A DNA stretch of 64,000 bases from Octopus sinensis (GCF_006345805.1 NC_042999.1:40548001-40612000); one strand, 5' to 3'. Counted from the first letter of the stretch, positions 1 through 13,530 are shown. Translations and numbers: made by a program. Notes: a model not told the origin generated them from the sequence alone.

Positions 1-477
1 TTTGCCAAGAAAAGAGGGAAGCCGTTGACTTTTACAATTTGAATTAACAATGAAGATTTCCACAATTGGCCTTGACAACTACCTGAAAACCTTGAGGACT
101 GGATGTTAAAACTTATCTCAAAACATGAAACAAGAAAGCATCATACTCAGTAACAAAACAGGCAAAAGAATATATAAGTGAATTCCAAATACAAATTCCA
201 AAATTAGACGTACTAGAAAGAAGCACAGAAAAATCTAAGCGTATGTAAACCCGTGCTAAAACTGCTACCTTAGATATTCTGACTGATAAATGGCACGAAA
301 AACCTCACAATGGCAAATGCCCAAAGAGACCGAATAATGCCGATGTTGACAAAGACCTTACTCATCAATGGCTAATGGCTTGTGGCTTAAAATCTGAAAC
401 AGAAGGGTTTATTATAGCAACTTAAGATCAATGCCTACCTGCAAGGAACTACCAGGCCAAACTTATTAAAGAACATG
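1..477 (+). pseudogene. Decayed R4/Dong-clade non-LTR retrotransposon fragment (region C-terminal to RT)
   Basis: From 288: KWHEKPHNGKCPKRPNNADVDKDLTHQWLMACGLKSETEGFIIAT*DQCLPARNYQAKLIK, which aligns by eye to RWQEKPLHGKY...LRSSGLKAETEGFLIAAQDQSLPTRNYQ of the element at 31877-32422. In-frame stop; cut by the window start. Confidence 0.85.
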
Positions 478-686
478 TTGTCATGTATATGTACATACAT
501 AAATATATAGGCATACATCTTTCTTTTGTGTGTGCGTGTGTGTGTAGAGAGAGAAAGAGAGAGTGCCACATCAGTCTCTCTCTCTCTCTCACACACACAC
601 ACATACATACACAGATAAAAGCTGTATGTATTTACGTATGTACTATACATGACAACACACCCCTTCACTCACACACTCACACACAG

Positions 687-718
<32 letters not shown>

Positions 719-892
719 GTAAATGTATACAAACGTGCATACAAAAAGACACGAGTGCGTTGGTGACTGACTGCAAATACATAGAGCTGAACACGTCGTG
801 CAAAAAGAAAATACGATAAAAATTTTTTTACGGAAATTAACGAAATGTGCGAGTTCAGAACGAAATGAATCCTGGTGGGGGCGCGAGTGTGA

Positions 893-940
<48 letters not shown>

Positions 941-1532
941 CAGACAGAACCTTGCAAACAATGAATGAGATAAACATGGAATGAAAAAATCGTATAAATA
1001 AAGGCACGTTAAAAAGTATCTTTGTACCGAATATTTAAATTTGTGAACTTCGTAAATATTTCTTTCAGTAAGTTATCGTAGTTGTTTACAAATAGCGAAC
1101 ATTTAAATAGAGACTGAGAGACTTCGCCGTTTTTATGTCAATACCGGAAGTTGATATTGAGAAACCTTTTTAAAGAAGTGAATCGTAAACATAAAGCAAT
1201 ATTTTTATATTTTTAATAAAAAAAAAGATCAAATGAAAACCCTATTATGTGGCCGAGGTCAAATTATTCATGCATCACAACTATGGCAGTAACTGAAGCC
1301 GTTTACACGTGAAAAGTGAATACACATACTTCTATATTTTTTATATATAGATTACAACATATATATATATATATATAATATATATATATATATTATATAT
1401 ATATATATATATATATTACATGATAATATAGATATGGATGATTAGGAAATTCTATCATCGTAGTTAGTTCTAGTTGTCTCCCTTCTATTCTTTCATATGT
1501 GCTTTCCATATTATTTTAATTTACTCGTATGT

Positions 1533-2005
1533 TGTGACCCCTTCGGTCATGACTGACCATGGGATTTCACCTAAAAAGTTATCCTCCAAGGCAATATTCT
1601 GGGCAAGGTTAGAAGACCAGCAGTCGCCCACTCGTACTAGCCTCCCCTCTCAATGCCACCGATGTTATCCAAGGGAAAGACAAAGGCTGATACAGCTTGG
1701 CACCAGTGACGTCGCAGCTCATTTATTAACGTGCAAGTGGCCGAGCATTTCACAGACACGTGTACCTTTAACGTGTAACAAGGCTGTCCCTTTGAAATAC
1801 AGGTACAACAGAAACAGGAAGAAAGAGGGAGGGTAAGTTGTGGTGAAAGAGTACAGCATGGTTCACCACCATCCCCTGTCGGAGCCTCGTGGAGCTTTAG
1901 GTGTCTTTGCTCAATAAACATTCACAATACCCGGTCTGGGACACGAAACCGCGATCCTACGACCAGGAGTCCGCTGCCCTAACCACTGGGCTATTGTGCC
2001 TCCAC
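1533..2005 (-). mobile_element. tRNA-derived SINE (family B head/body) with a long alternative 3' tail
   Basis: Minus strand starts GGAGGCACAATAGCCCAGTGGTTAGGGCAGCGG (A-box) ... GGTTTCGTGTCCC (B-box-like). Body matches 27949-28337. 11-bp TSD TACTCGTATGT at 1522-1532 and 2006-2016. Confidence 0.9.
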
Positions 2006-2175
2006 TACTCGTATGTAGTGTGAGTAATTATTTAAAAAAAAAAAGAAAAAATTAAGATAATTGCGGTATTCGCAAATAATTTTTGAGAATGCGCGTTATT
2101 ACCACTGCATAGAATCACAGATTGTATTGTTTGAACTAGTATGTATACCAATTTTATCCCTATTTCCAAAGTAAT

Positions 2176-2390
2176 ATCGGTTTTAACTTTGATAACAAGG
2201 CCACCAATTTCGGCGGAGTATTGACTTGATTACATTGACGCCAGTATTCAAAAGATACTGATTTTATCCACCCCAAAATGATGAAGGCAAAATCGACATC
2301 AGCAGAATTCGTACTCAGAACATAAAGACGAACGAAATACTGCCAAACAGTTTGCCTCACGGGCTGACACTTCTGCTGAGTTGCTACCTT
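2176..2390 (-). mobile_element. Degenerate family A (OK-like) SINE
   Basis: Similar to the family A copies elsewhere in the window; 15-bp TSD TATTTCCAAAGTAAT at 2161-2175 and 2391-2405. Confidence 0.85.
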
Positions 2391-2877
2391 TATTTCCAAA
2401 GTAATGATATCGCATGATGTATTTTAAAGCAACGTATAACATATCACTTACGTTATTTAGCTTCTTTCTATTTCCTTAAGTTGTAGCGCAAAATTTTTCA
2501 GTATACCATTCCCTTAGCCCCCGGGTCACCTTCGTAGCACCACCTCCCAATACACATACGAAAATACTATTCACTCTACTGGAAATTGAAAACAATTATA
2601 CATATCTTAACCTACTTCTAACTATGTTGTTACTACATTTTCAACTAATGACTACTTCTAATTTTCCATCGATTTGGATTATGATTTTCACTTATAGATT
2701 CTCGGATGGCTGTACATTTATAAGACAAACAGAAATCACTATACAACCGCGTAGTTGACCGCGCAGACATCATCTATGCAACATCTATTGTGTATTTTCA
2801 TCAAGGAAAGCTACTGATTTGGTGACATTCCGACGTCGCGGACATGTGGGTCAAACACCGAATAAACGACCATTTCT

Positions 2878-3837
2878 TATTTCTTTATTGCCCACAGGGG
2901 GCTAAACATAGAGGGGACAAACAAGGACAGACAAACGGATTAAGTTGATTACATCGACACCAGTGCGTAACTGGTACTTAATTTATCGATCCCAAAAGGA
3001 TGAAAAGCAAAGTCGACCTCGGCAGAATTTGAACTCAGCGTAACAACAGACGAAATACCTCTTTCTTTACTACCCACAAGAGGCTAACCACAGAGGGGAC
3101 AAACAAGGACAGACAAAGGGATTAAGTCGATTATATCGATCCCAATGCGTAACTGGTACTTAATTTATCGATCCCAAAAGGATGAAAGGCAAAGTCGACG
3201 TCGACGGAATTTGAGCTCAGCGTAACAGCAGACGAAATACCTCTTTCTTTACTACCCACAAGGGGCTAAACACAGAAGAGACAAGCAAGGACAGACAAAG
3301 GGATTAAGTTGATTACATCGACCCCAGTGCGTAACTGGTACTTAATTTATCGATCCCAAAAGGATGAAAGGCAAAGTCGACCTCGGCAGAATTTGAATTC
3401 AGCGTAACAACAGACGAAATACCTCTTTCTTTACTACCCACAAGAGGCTAACCACAGAGGGGACAAACAAGGACAGACAAAGGCAATAAGTCGATTACAT
3501 CGACCCCAGTGCGTAACTGGTCCTTTATTTATCGACCCCTAAAGGATGAAAGGCAAAGCCGACCTCGGCGGAATTTGAACTCAGAACGCAGCCGCGGACG
3601 AAATACCTATTTCTTTATTACCCACAAGGGGCTAAACACAGAGAGGACAAACAAGGACAGACATAGGTATTAAGTCGATTACATCGACCCCAGTGCGTAA
3701 CTGTTACTTAATTTATCGACCCCGAAAGGATGAAAGGCAAAGTCGACATCGGCGGAATTTGAACTCACAACGTAACGCAGACGAAATACCGCTAAGCATT
3801 TCGCCCTGCGTGCTAACGTTTCTGCCAGCTCGTCGCC
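2878..3837 (-). mobile_element. Family A SINE: one tRNA-like head plus 5 tandem ~182-bp body units
   Basis: Head GGCGACGAGCTGGCAGAAACGTTAGCACGC at 3837-3790 (minus). Units start near 2878, 3060, 3241, 3423 and 3608; most carry the B-box-like GTTCAAATTC/TTCAAATT motif. Confidence 0.92.
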
Positions 3838-4259
3838 ATTTCTGGGAACCAAGAACCACGATTCACATTTCAGAAGTTAGCTGTTAGTAACTTGATATAA
3901 TGACCTTGCGCATGCGCATTTCTCAGTAGTCTAGCATCACTGTAAAGGAGATAAATACAATGGCAAGCGTGTTCCAGGATTTGCTGATATCTTCTAGCTG
4001 CAGGTTGTCGGAAATCATATCCGTGGGGAACCGTTTTTAAGTCAGAGCGTCTCAACTTGTTTATTAATTGTTGCGTCTTAAGTTATACATCCCTAAATTT
4101 TGTCGTTCTGGACTCACAAATAAGCCAATTAGGCAATGTAGATAACTGGCTCCCAGAAAATTAAGGAGCTCTAGCATGTTTTTATTCGACAAATGTGCTG
4201 GCACGAACTGTTACATCAGTACATCACTCCTAAAGTATGTTACAGCACGCTCGTTCATT

Positions 4260-4975
4260 TTCTCGATATCAGCAACAAGAACAATGCCACCGAGTTTATT
4301 AACCAAATCATGACATCAAGGAAAACATTTACAGCAGCCCTAATGACTGCAAGAAGAACATAAACAATGACGTCATTGAAAACAATATGAAGGTAAAGAA
4401 AAACAAGCTCACATGACGGAAAACATTTTATTTTCAATGAAAGACATCAAAGGCAATAATGAAAACAATAAACAAAAACAGCTACAAGGACAGCAACAAG
4501 AATACCGAAAGCAACAACGAATATAACGAGAGCTACCAGCACAATAAGAATAAGAACCAAAAAAACAATTGTAATAAGAACCAAAGAGAAAATCAACGAC
4601 AAAACGTCGACCGAAGCAATAAAAATAGAATAACATCAGCGGTTCTGTCAGAAGGAAAATAATACAAGAAGAAGAAATTAACAAATTATATGATGATGTT
4701 GATGATTAATAGTGAACCCTAAAGTTACCAGAATATAACAGCAGGACTACAAAGGCCGCTTCCAACATCCACAACAACATTAATGTAGAATTAGCAACCA
4801 TCACCGGGACAATTAATAGACAAGCGATTATGAAGGGGAAGGAGGTGGAAATAAATTACGACGACGAAGAGTACCAACACTACCAGCATTAGAACCAGCA
4901 CCACCACTGCTACTGGCATCATCACTACCACGATGACGACGACGATCAACACCCTCACCACCACCATCGGCAGAA
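4260..4975. repeat. Degenerate (AAC/AAT/GAT/ACC) trinucleotide low-complexity tract
   Basis: Imperfect runs of aac/aat/gac/acc; the overlapping ORFs are low complexity. Confidence 0.6.
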
Positions 4976-4999
4976 CAATAATATTCTTTTCTACTCTCA

Positions 5000-5782
5000 G
5001 CAAAAGGCCCAAAATTTTGGGGGAGAGTGGCAGTCGATTCAATCGACCCTAGTACGCAACTGGTACTTAATTTATCGACCTCGAAGGACAAAAGGCAAAG
5101 TCGACCTCGGCGGAATTTGAACTCAGAACGTAAAGACAGACGAAATACCTATTTCTTTACTACCCACAAGGGGCTACGCACACAGGGGACAAACATAGAC
5201 AGACAAACGGATTGAATCGATTACATCGACCCCAGTGCGTAACTGGTTCTTAATTTATCGACCCCAAAAGGATGAAAGCTAAATATGACCTTAATGGAAT
5301 TTGAACTCAGAACGTAGCGGCAGACGAAATACCTATTTCTTTACTACCCACAAGGGGCTAAACACAGACAGGACGAACGAGGACGGACAAACGGATTAAG
5401 TCGATTATATCGACGCCAGTGCGTAACTGGTACTTATTTAATCGACCCCGAAAGGATGAAAGGTTAAGTCGACCTCGGCGGAATTTGAACTCAGAACGTA
5501 AAGACAGACGAAATACTGCTATGCATTTCAACCGGCATGCTAACGTTTCTTATTTCTTCATTGCACACAAGGGGCTAAACATAGAGGGGCCAAACAAGGA
5601 CAGACAAACAGATTAAGTCGATTACATCGACCTCAGTGTGTAACTGGTACTTAATTTATCGACCCCGAAAGGATGAGAGGCAAAGTCGACTGCGGCGAAA
5701 TTTGGACTCAGAATGTAAAAACAGACGAAATATCGCTAAGCATTTCGCCCGGCATGCTAACGTTTCTACCAGCTCGCCGCCT
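5000..5782 (-). mobile_element. Family A SINE multimer (head-unit, partial head, two units, partial unit and tail)
   Basis: Head at 5782-5735, second partial head at about 5550-5515, repeated ~182-bp units, monomer-type tail near 5000-5040. Confidence 0.9.
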
Positions 5783-6009
5783 TAAGAACAATATTATTTT
5801 CTCAGTCTAAGAAGACCACTTGGTATCCTGGGTTTCTTCTAGCTGTATCGAGTTGTTTCAGGAATTCGGGATGATGATTAGATTTAGAATATCTTTCTCC
5901 TCGACTACACAACGAGTCACTGTAAAGGGTCATGGAAAATGTTTCAGTAAAACAAAACAGGACGCGTTTACAAATCTACGTTGTGATAATGAACAATATT
6001 AAGTTCTAA

Positions 6010-6696
6010 AAAGTAGGTGAACTGGCAGAATCTTTTTGTAAGCCGATCAAAATGTTTAGTGGCATTCTGTCCGTCTGTACCTTCTGAGTTCAAATTCCGC
6101 TTAGGCTGGCTTTGCCTTTCATCCTTTTGAGATAGATAAAATAAATACCAGTTGCTGGGGTCGATATAATCGATTTATTCCCTTCGTCGAAATTACTAGC
6201 CTTGTGTCAAAATTTAAAATCAATATTAATAAATTCTTAAATGCAGCGAGCTGGCAGAATCGTGAGTACACCGGACAAAATGCTTAGCAGCATTTCGTCC
6301 ATCTTTACGTTCTGAGTTCAAATCCCACGAAGGTCAACTTTGCCTTTCAGCGTCTATAAAATGAGTACCAGGCGAATACTAGGGTGGATGTATTCGACTT
6401 GCCCGAAATTGTTGACATTGTGTCAAAGTTTGAAACTAATACTAATGGATGAAGTACATATGTTAATAGATGAAGTACAAAATCAAAATTTTGTACTTGT
6501 TGTGAATGTAAATGGTATCAACTATTTTCAGGCCGCATGTTGTTACCCAACTCTTATGGGCTTACTTAAAAGCACTTGGTTAAAGTGCAGAACGTTTGAA
6601 ATATGCAAAATTGGTTTCAAATTTTGGTACAAGGACAGCAATTTCGCGGGAGCGAGTAAGTCGATTAGATCGACCCCAGTTCACAACTGGTACTTA
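6010..6696. mobile_element. Cluster of three degenerate family A SINEs (6010-6235 +, 6240-6470 +, 6590-6696 -)
   Basis: Repeated GAGCTGGCAGAATC...TTCTGAGTTCAAAT...TTTGCCTTTCA motifs and one reverse-complement tail. Confidence 0.8.
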
Positions 6697-6968
6697 TGTA
6701 TGTATGTATGTATGTATGTATGTATGTATGTATGTATGTATGTATGTATGTATGTATGGCGATTTTTTTCCTCCGTCTTCCCTTCTCTGTATCTTTCCTT
6801 TTCCTATGTTTCTGACGAAGAGCTCCGCTTCCCTTCCTTCTTGAGCGTCCAATAATACTATATTTGTTCCACGTCCTCGCGTTGTTGTGTTTTCATATTC
6901 GGATTAACTTTATGTATGTATGTATGTATGTATGTATGTATGTATGTATGTATGTATGTATGTATGTA
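6696..6968 (+). repeat. (TATG)n arrays enclosing a ~150-bp pyrimidine-rich repeat fragment, possibly Penelope-type
   Basis: (TATG)n at 6696-6757 and 6912-6968. The insert has CTGACGAAGAGCTCCGCT (hammerhead-like 5' half, no GAAA) and shares CGTCCTCGCGTTGT with the 780-bp unit. Confidence 0.45.
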
Positions 6969-7504
6969 TTGGTTGTTCCACTTGATTGCTACTCATTGGT
7001 TTCCTCGATGTCCAATCAGTTCCTTGGACAATATTATTGTTCGTTGAAATAATTGGACATCGGAGATACTCCAGAATACCCTCAGATAAATTAGCAACAA
7101 AAACGTTATTATAATTCACCGTGTATTGCGTAGCATTTTCTTCTATTCGTTAGGTCTCTCAACCTTATAACATCTCTTACACACATACATGCAGTCATAG
7201 TTACATACTACGTATTTTGAAGAATTTCACATTCTTGCTATGTAAAACAAAAAAAAAAAACAAGTGGAATACAAACAATATAACCAAAACAAAGCCTATT
7301 TTCTATTAGAAAAAATATAATGGCAGAAAGCAACAAGAATCAAGATAAAGCAACACAAAAGAAGCAAGAAAATATAATTCAAAATTCTTGCATTATTGCG
7401 CGTGTGTGATGCAAGGTGCTTCATTCAATTTTCTCAGCATATTAGCTATTCCTGCTTCCTCGTTATTTATTACACCTCCTTTCTTTCTCGGTATATATAT
7501 ATGC

Positions 7505-7583
<79 letters not shown>

Positions 7584-8110
7584 CGTGTGCGTAAATGTCT
7601 GTGTTTTTTGTATGAGAGTATTGGAGTATATTTAATTTACTTCTTGTTTATTTTGGTATCAATATTCTATGACAAAATGATACGGTACCGAAATCAATCT
7701 TGAAACATATAAAATGTAAATACCCACCACCATCAAGATTAACAAACAAACAAAAAAAAAATAAAGAATAAACTATAATATAATCTGCTTCATAATGATT
7801 TCGTTCATCTGTTTTTGTACATTTATGTTTGTAGTGGATATGTTCACGTGCAATGAGTGTATATGGGTGGGGATCGGAATGCGGGATATTTTTTTTAATA
7901 TCGATTCGTCCATCACCGCAATTTGCTCTGGTCACCATTTTCTAATATTTCTTTTTTTACAAATTACATAATAAATATTTGTAATTTCATTTTTAATAAG
8001 ATAGAATTACAAATTATACTACGTTGGTATCATGGAAGACAGCTATATTTCTTTTTTCGCTTTTTGTATTTTTCAGCGATAGAGAGAAAGAGAAAGATAG
8101 ATATACATTT

Positions 8111-8159
<49 letters not shown>

Positions 8160-8289
8160 AACAGACAGACAGACAGAGAGAAAGAGAGATGGAAGACTAG
8201 TCGGACAGACACTACCAGAATATTATTAAATAAAACAAAACCAGCGACAATAACAATAACAACATCAGCTATAAGACGAAGAAATGGAA

Positions 8290-8571
8290 CTAATTGGCAG
8301 ATATGTATCTTATACATATATATATATATATATTATATATATATTATATATATATATTATATATATATGTATATATAATACATATATATAAATAATTTAT
8401 ATATTATATATAATTATATAATACATATATAATATATATATATCCTCTGTGTGTATATATATACATGTATATATGTATATATATATAAATAGATATATAT
8501 ACACACATATATATATATGTGTGTGTGTGTATGTGTATATATATATACGTATGTGAATATATATACGTATG

Positions 8572-8626
<55 letters not shown>

Positions 8627-8720
8627 TCATTACCATATATGCATATATGTATTTCAACATGAATATATACGCAAACACACATACATATTTGTCCGTTCGT
8701 GCATGCATATGTATGTCTAT
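8290..8720. repeat. Compound (TA)n/(TG)n microsatellite (representative of many such tracts, e.g. 14400-14580, 16740-16965, 17685-18060, 43800-44340, 51440-52110, 52600-53140, 56750-57370)
   Basis: Direct inspection; these tracts generate the YI/CV/HT-rich ORFs in the track. Confidence 0.95.
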
Positions 8721-9049
8721 GTAGGTTTGTATTTAATTACGTATGAAAATAGAATATGTGCAACACACATAGAAAACCCAAGCGCACACATGCACACAGA
8801 AATTTGGCCGGGCATATGCATAACCAAATATTGTATTTTATGTAAAGGATATATCTGTTATTGTGAGCCTGTGCTGTGGAAGACCAGCAAGTCTTAAATT
8901 TAAAATATAATTATTTCATTTCGACATTTATACTAAATTTTAGACGCTAAAAATAGAGAGCATTAAATTTCTTGTAAAGTTAGGTATATTTGACAATAAT
9001 ATATGTTCTCATTAGGCTAAATTTGAGTGGAGTTGGTGTACGCATTTGA

Positions 9050-9264
9050 CGATGGGGTAGCTGTTGCTTTATGGGTGTTGCTGTAGCTGCTGTTGATGAT
9101 GATGATGATGATGAGGAGGAGGAGGAGGAGGAGGAGGGGGAGTATGTGACGATAAAACATGCAGCCAAGAATGGTGATAATGATGATGGCGATGATGATA
9201 ATCATCATCATCATCATCATCATCATCATGATTTTGATAATGATAACGATGACGATAAAGACGA

Positions 9265-9295
<31 letters not shown>

Positions 9296-9700
9296 CGTCG
9301 TGGTGATGGTGATGATGATGATGATGATGATTACCATGATGAAGGTGGTAGTAATGTGATGACAACTATGTAGTTAAGGATGGCGATGATGATGATCATG
9401 ATGCCGATAATGATGATATCAATAATGACAATGACAATGACGACGACGATGACGACGACGACGATGATGATGATGATGATGATGATGTAAATGACGACGA
9501 CGGCGTCGATGAGGATGATGATGATTATGAGGATGATGTTGAAGATGGTGACGGTGTTGATGGCGATGACGATGACGATGATGAGGAGAAGGAGGAGGAG
9601 GAGGAGGTGGAGGAGAAAGAGAAGAAAGAGGAGGAAATAGCGATGATGATAATGATGCGGAGAAGACGAGGGAGAGGGTGATTTTGAAGGTGAACCCGGT
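9050..9700. repeat. Compound (GAT)n/(GAG)n/(CAT)n/(GAC)n trinucleotide microsatellite
   Basis: Direct inspection. Confidence 0.9.
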
Positions 9701-10006
9701 CAATGATCCTTTCGACTTGTTATGATTTTGTATTGTAAGCCCATGATACTACGATTGTTTAATGTTGATGTTCCTTTCTATACTTGCTGCTATCGGACTT
9801 CCCAGTTTTAATCTTATACATTCTCATGTCCATTGCTATTGTTATTCCTCTTCTTCTAATGTGGATTTTCTGGCATTGAATTTGCTTTCGTTGTGGTTGT
9901 TAAAATTTTCCATGCTTTTAGTAGGAATCAATAACATATTTTATTTTGGTCGAATCACTCTCTTGTTACACCGAGTTTCACATGAAATGCAACATACTTA
10001 CTAAGA

Positions 10007-10153
10007 AGGGCGCCGAGCTGGCGGAAACGTTAGAACACCGGCCGAAATGCTTAGCGGTATTTCGTCTGCCGTTACGTTCTGAGTTCAAATTCCGCCGAGG
10101 TCGACTTTGTCTTTCATCCTTTCGTGGTCGATTAAATAAGTACCAGTTACGCA
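10007..10153 (+). mobile_element. Family A SINE (3'-truncated)
   Basis: GGCGCCGAGCTGGCGGAAACGTTAG...GTTCAAATTCCGCCGAGGTCGACTTTG. Confidence 0.9.
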
Positions 10154-10354
10154 TATTCAATATTATTAATATATTTATCCTACTTTATATCGGCACAGCT
10201 GGGTACGATCCCATTAAACTGCAGTAGCTAGTTAGAATTACTAGGCCGTAGCCGACACAATAACGTTGGAGCTTTTATGTGCGTGTACTTCATGTGGAAG
10301 CGCGCCTAGCGATGCAATTAAAAATATCCACAGATTATTATTATTATTATTTAA

Positions 10355-10429
<75 letters not shown>

Positions 10430-11026
10430 ATGTATGTATGTATATGTATACGCATATATGCGATGCGTGTATGTCTGTGAAGGATCTTTTCGAAAGGCGA
10501 ATCCACCTGTAACACCCCTACACGGTTACGACTATAAAATCTAATCATTTTGAGTATAATACTGACATTCTACAGATTTAAGCTTCGCATATTAAAGATT
10601 ATTTGTAAACGCTCCTCTTTTTATGTGCATTATGTCTGTGTACTACATTTTCGTGCTCTATCGAATTTAATTAACAAATGTAGAGTAGATTCTATAGTTA
10701 CCGTAAATTATCAACTTGTAGGGAATATATATACGAACACTGTTGCGATGAATGCTACTTTAATTATAAAAAATGGAAAACAAGTAATACAAAGAACGAC
10801 CCTTCATCAGTTATCGGTTGTCTATCTACTCGCCATTTAGAGCAATCAAGGACAATATGAGACTTCGAAGAGAGTTGCTCCCATAAATACCAAAATAAAA
10901 TTTTGGATTTATGGAGGGTCATTGTTAAGAACAAAAGCAGAATATATATGTATATGTGTGTGTGTTTGTGTTGTGTGTGTAAACATATATGAAAGAGAGA
11001 GATACATACGTTTATGTAATATACAT

Positions 11027-11081
<55 letters not shown>

Positions 11082-11487
11082 TGTTTGTATGTAGATGTGA
11101 GTGTGTGTGTGTGTGTATACATATACATCATAACATACTTATGGTTTACTAAATGTCAATGAACGCTAAGCTAATATTCCCTCTGGCCTACATTCTTTCT
11201 CTAAGTAGGATATAAGCCTAAAGCTTATATTATTCTATGATGTAAACTAATAAAATATTGTTTACTTATGTTCTATGACTCACTGCTATCCATTACTTTT
11301 ACATTCAACAACATTCAGGAATGAATTCGATTGATACGAAACGTATATAACTATCTCTCTTTCGCTCTTCCTCTCACTCTCTCTCTATTAGTATATTCTG
11401 TGTGTGTGTGTATGTGTTTGTCTATGTGTGTCTGTGTTCTTTTATACATTAATATGTATGTTTATACGTGTGTATGTTTCTATCTAT

Positions 11488-11527
<40 letters not shown>

Positions 11528-11539
11528 ATATATATATAT

Positions 11540-11555
11540 AGATAGATAGACAGAC

Positions 11556-11652
<97 letters not shown>
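11540..11652. repeat. (GATA)n tetranucleotide array (also 19070-19198 and 37893-37997)
   Basis: Direct inspection. Confidence 0.95.
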
Positions 11653-11804
11653 CATAAATACATACATACATACATACATATTTTTATGTATATATACAAA
11701 TGTGCATACACAAAATATATAGAAAGAGATAGATGCATACATACATATTAACGTATACAAACATATACGCACACACACACATATACCAGTGAAAATAAGA
11801 AGAC

Positions 11805-12990
11805 AAACATATGGGCTCGCAAATGAGATATGAGCCCAGCTAAAGACAGGCATGGTCTGTCACAAACTGTGCACACAAAAAGTTCATTGTCACTCACCCT
11901 CTCGATCGTAACATTCTTCCTTAGATCTCTTTTGAGTCATACATGCGTTATCCTGACCTCTTCAGATGATTTCACCCCACTCCACACTTTTGTTCGCCAT
12001 CCAACTCAATCCGAAACAAGGGTTTCTATGTCTTCTTGATCGATTCCAAGTGACTTCATAGTAATCCTTATGCCGTCCTTATTTTTTTTTTTATAGGTTT
12101 ACGCCGATAGCGTTTCCTCTCTGCAAGCTCACCGTAAAACAGCTGTTTCGGCATGCGTTCATCTGCCATTCGAACAATATGACCACACCGTCTTATTTGG
12201 TTCCTCAAAATCATAGCTTTGATTGCGGTGATGCCTGTAGATACAAGAACGTCTGTGTTTGGAGTAAAGAACTCCATTTAATGCTTAAAATGCGAAGAAG
12301 GCATTTCTGATGGAATTGTTCTAACAATTTAAAATGCCTTCCATAACAAGTCCATGTTTCACAAGAATACAACAAGGATGGTAAGACAAATGATTTGTAA
12401 AGAGCCAGCTTTGTATTCTTATGTATATGTCGCTTTCACGAAACGCGTAACTCCAAGTCACTAAATGCTTTTGCTGCTCTTTGAATTCGCAGATGTATTT
12501 CTGTATCAAGTTTTCCATTATTTTGTACAGAGCTTCCAAGGTAGATAAAGGAATCGACAACATCAAGTAACTTTACCTTTAATAAAAACGTTGGTGGGTG
12601 AGGGTTACAAGCAGCGCCACACGCAGATTGATGCATTGCAACAGTTTTTTTCAAGTTGATGGTCAAGCCAAAATCATCACAAGCTGAGTCAAGTGTTTCA
12701 GAATGACTGATGAGATCGCAATCGTCTGCGTATAAATGTTCCCCAATGAGTGCAGTAAAAACCGTTTTGAATTTCAGTCTGGTCAAATTAAAAACATTCC
12801 CTGTAGTTCGATATTTTATGTAAATACCCTCCTCAGTATATTGCAAAGCGGGTGGGTGTATCAAGGTCTCCTTGCTTTATGATATTTTCCATGGCAAAAG
12901 ATTCAGAGTGCCTCCCAACAAAGTTAACTCTAGCTTTCATTACTTGATTCAAAGCCCTGATCAAGTTTACAAATTTTTCTGGGCAAGTTC
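11805..12990 (-). pseudogene. Decayed RTE-clade (BovB-like) LINE, 3' part: RT, thumb region and C-terminal C2H2 finger
   Basis: 12436-12864 encodes KYRTTGNVFNLTRL...LYADDCDL...FGLTINLKKT...FIYLGS (YADD motif). 12068-12277 encodes QIRRCGHIVRMADERMPKQLFYGEL. 11879-11811 encodes FVCTVCDRPCLSLAGLISHLRAH. Stops and frameshifts are present. Confidence 0.9.
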
Positions 12991-12994
12991 AGTC

Positions 12995-13530
12995 ATATTT
13001 AGTTTCGATGTGATATAAATAGAGAGTGACGTGGAGGTAAGAAAATAGATGTAAGATATGTATGGGTATTGAGTTCATAAATCTGTTTTATATGCATAAT
13101 GGTATATATGTGTATTATTCCAATATCCTTATACATACATACACTTCATTCTAATACACTTCTCTCCTTCCGCACACATTTCAATCACTCCACAGATTTC
13201 TATCATCCCACATTCACTTCCATCACTCCACTTTCACTTCTATCACCCAACATTCATTTTCATCACTCGAAATACATTTCTATAACCCCACATTCACTCC
13301 ATATTGTCACTCCATATTCCTCACTCCTGTGTCACTCAATACTCATGTGTCACTCCATACTCATGTGTCACTCTATATTCATATCTCACTCGTTTTCATT
13401 CTTTCTTTGTTCTCCACCATTTTTTTTCTTTTTTACAACTCTTTGCATATTTCTGTTCTTTTCTACTAACGCAGGGCCTGTGTCCGAAACATTAAAACTC
13501 TTTCCCTTTATTTTAAAGTGTTAAACTAAT
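12995..13530. repeat. Probable Penelope-type terminal-repeat fragment
   Basis: ATAGAGAGTGACGTGGAGG...AAAATAGATGT..GATATG is shared with 18780-18830. A degenerate hammerhead-like remnant lies at 13466-13495. Confidence 0.45.

Noticed and set aside
2878-3837. Regular repeats that could suggest a CRISPR array or satellite
   Set aside because: Units are ~182-bp SINE bodies with no unique spacers, in a eukaryotic context with no cas genes.
9050-9700. Poly-Asp/Glu/His ORFs resembling acidic or His-rich proteins
   Set aside because: All frames and both strands give homopolymer runs; no splice or non-repetitive coding context.
13466-13495. CTAACGCA-GGGCCTGTGTCC-GAAAC and the half motif CTGACGAAGAGC at about 6812
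   Set aside because: Core mutated in the first and GAAA half absent in the second; treated as non-functional remnants.
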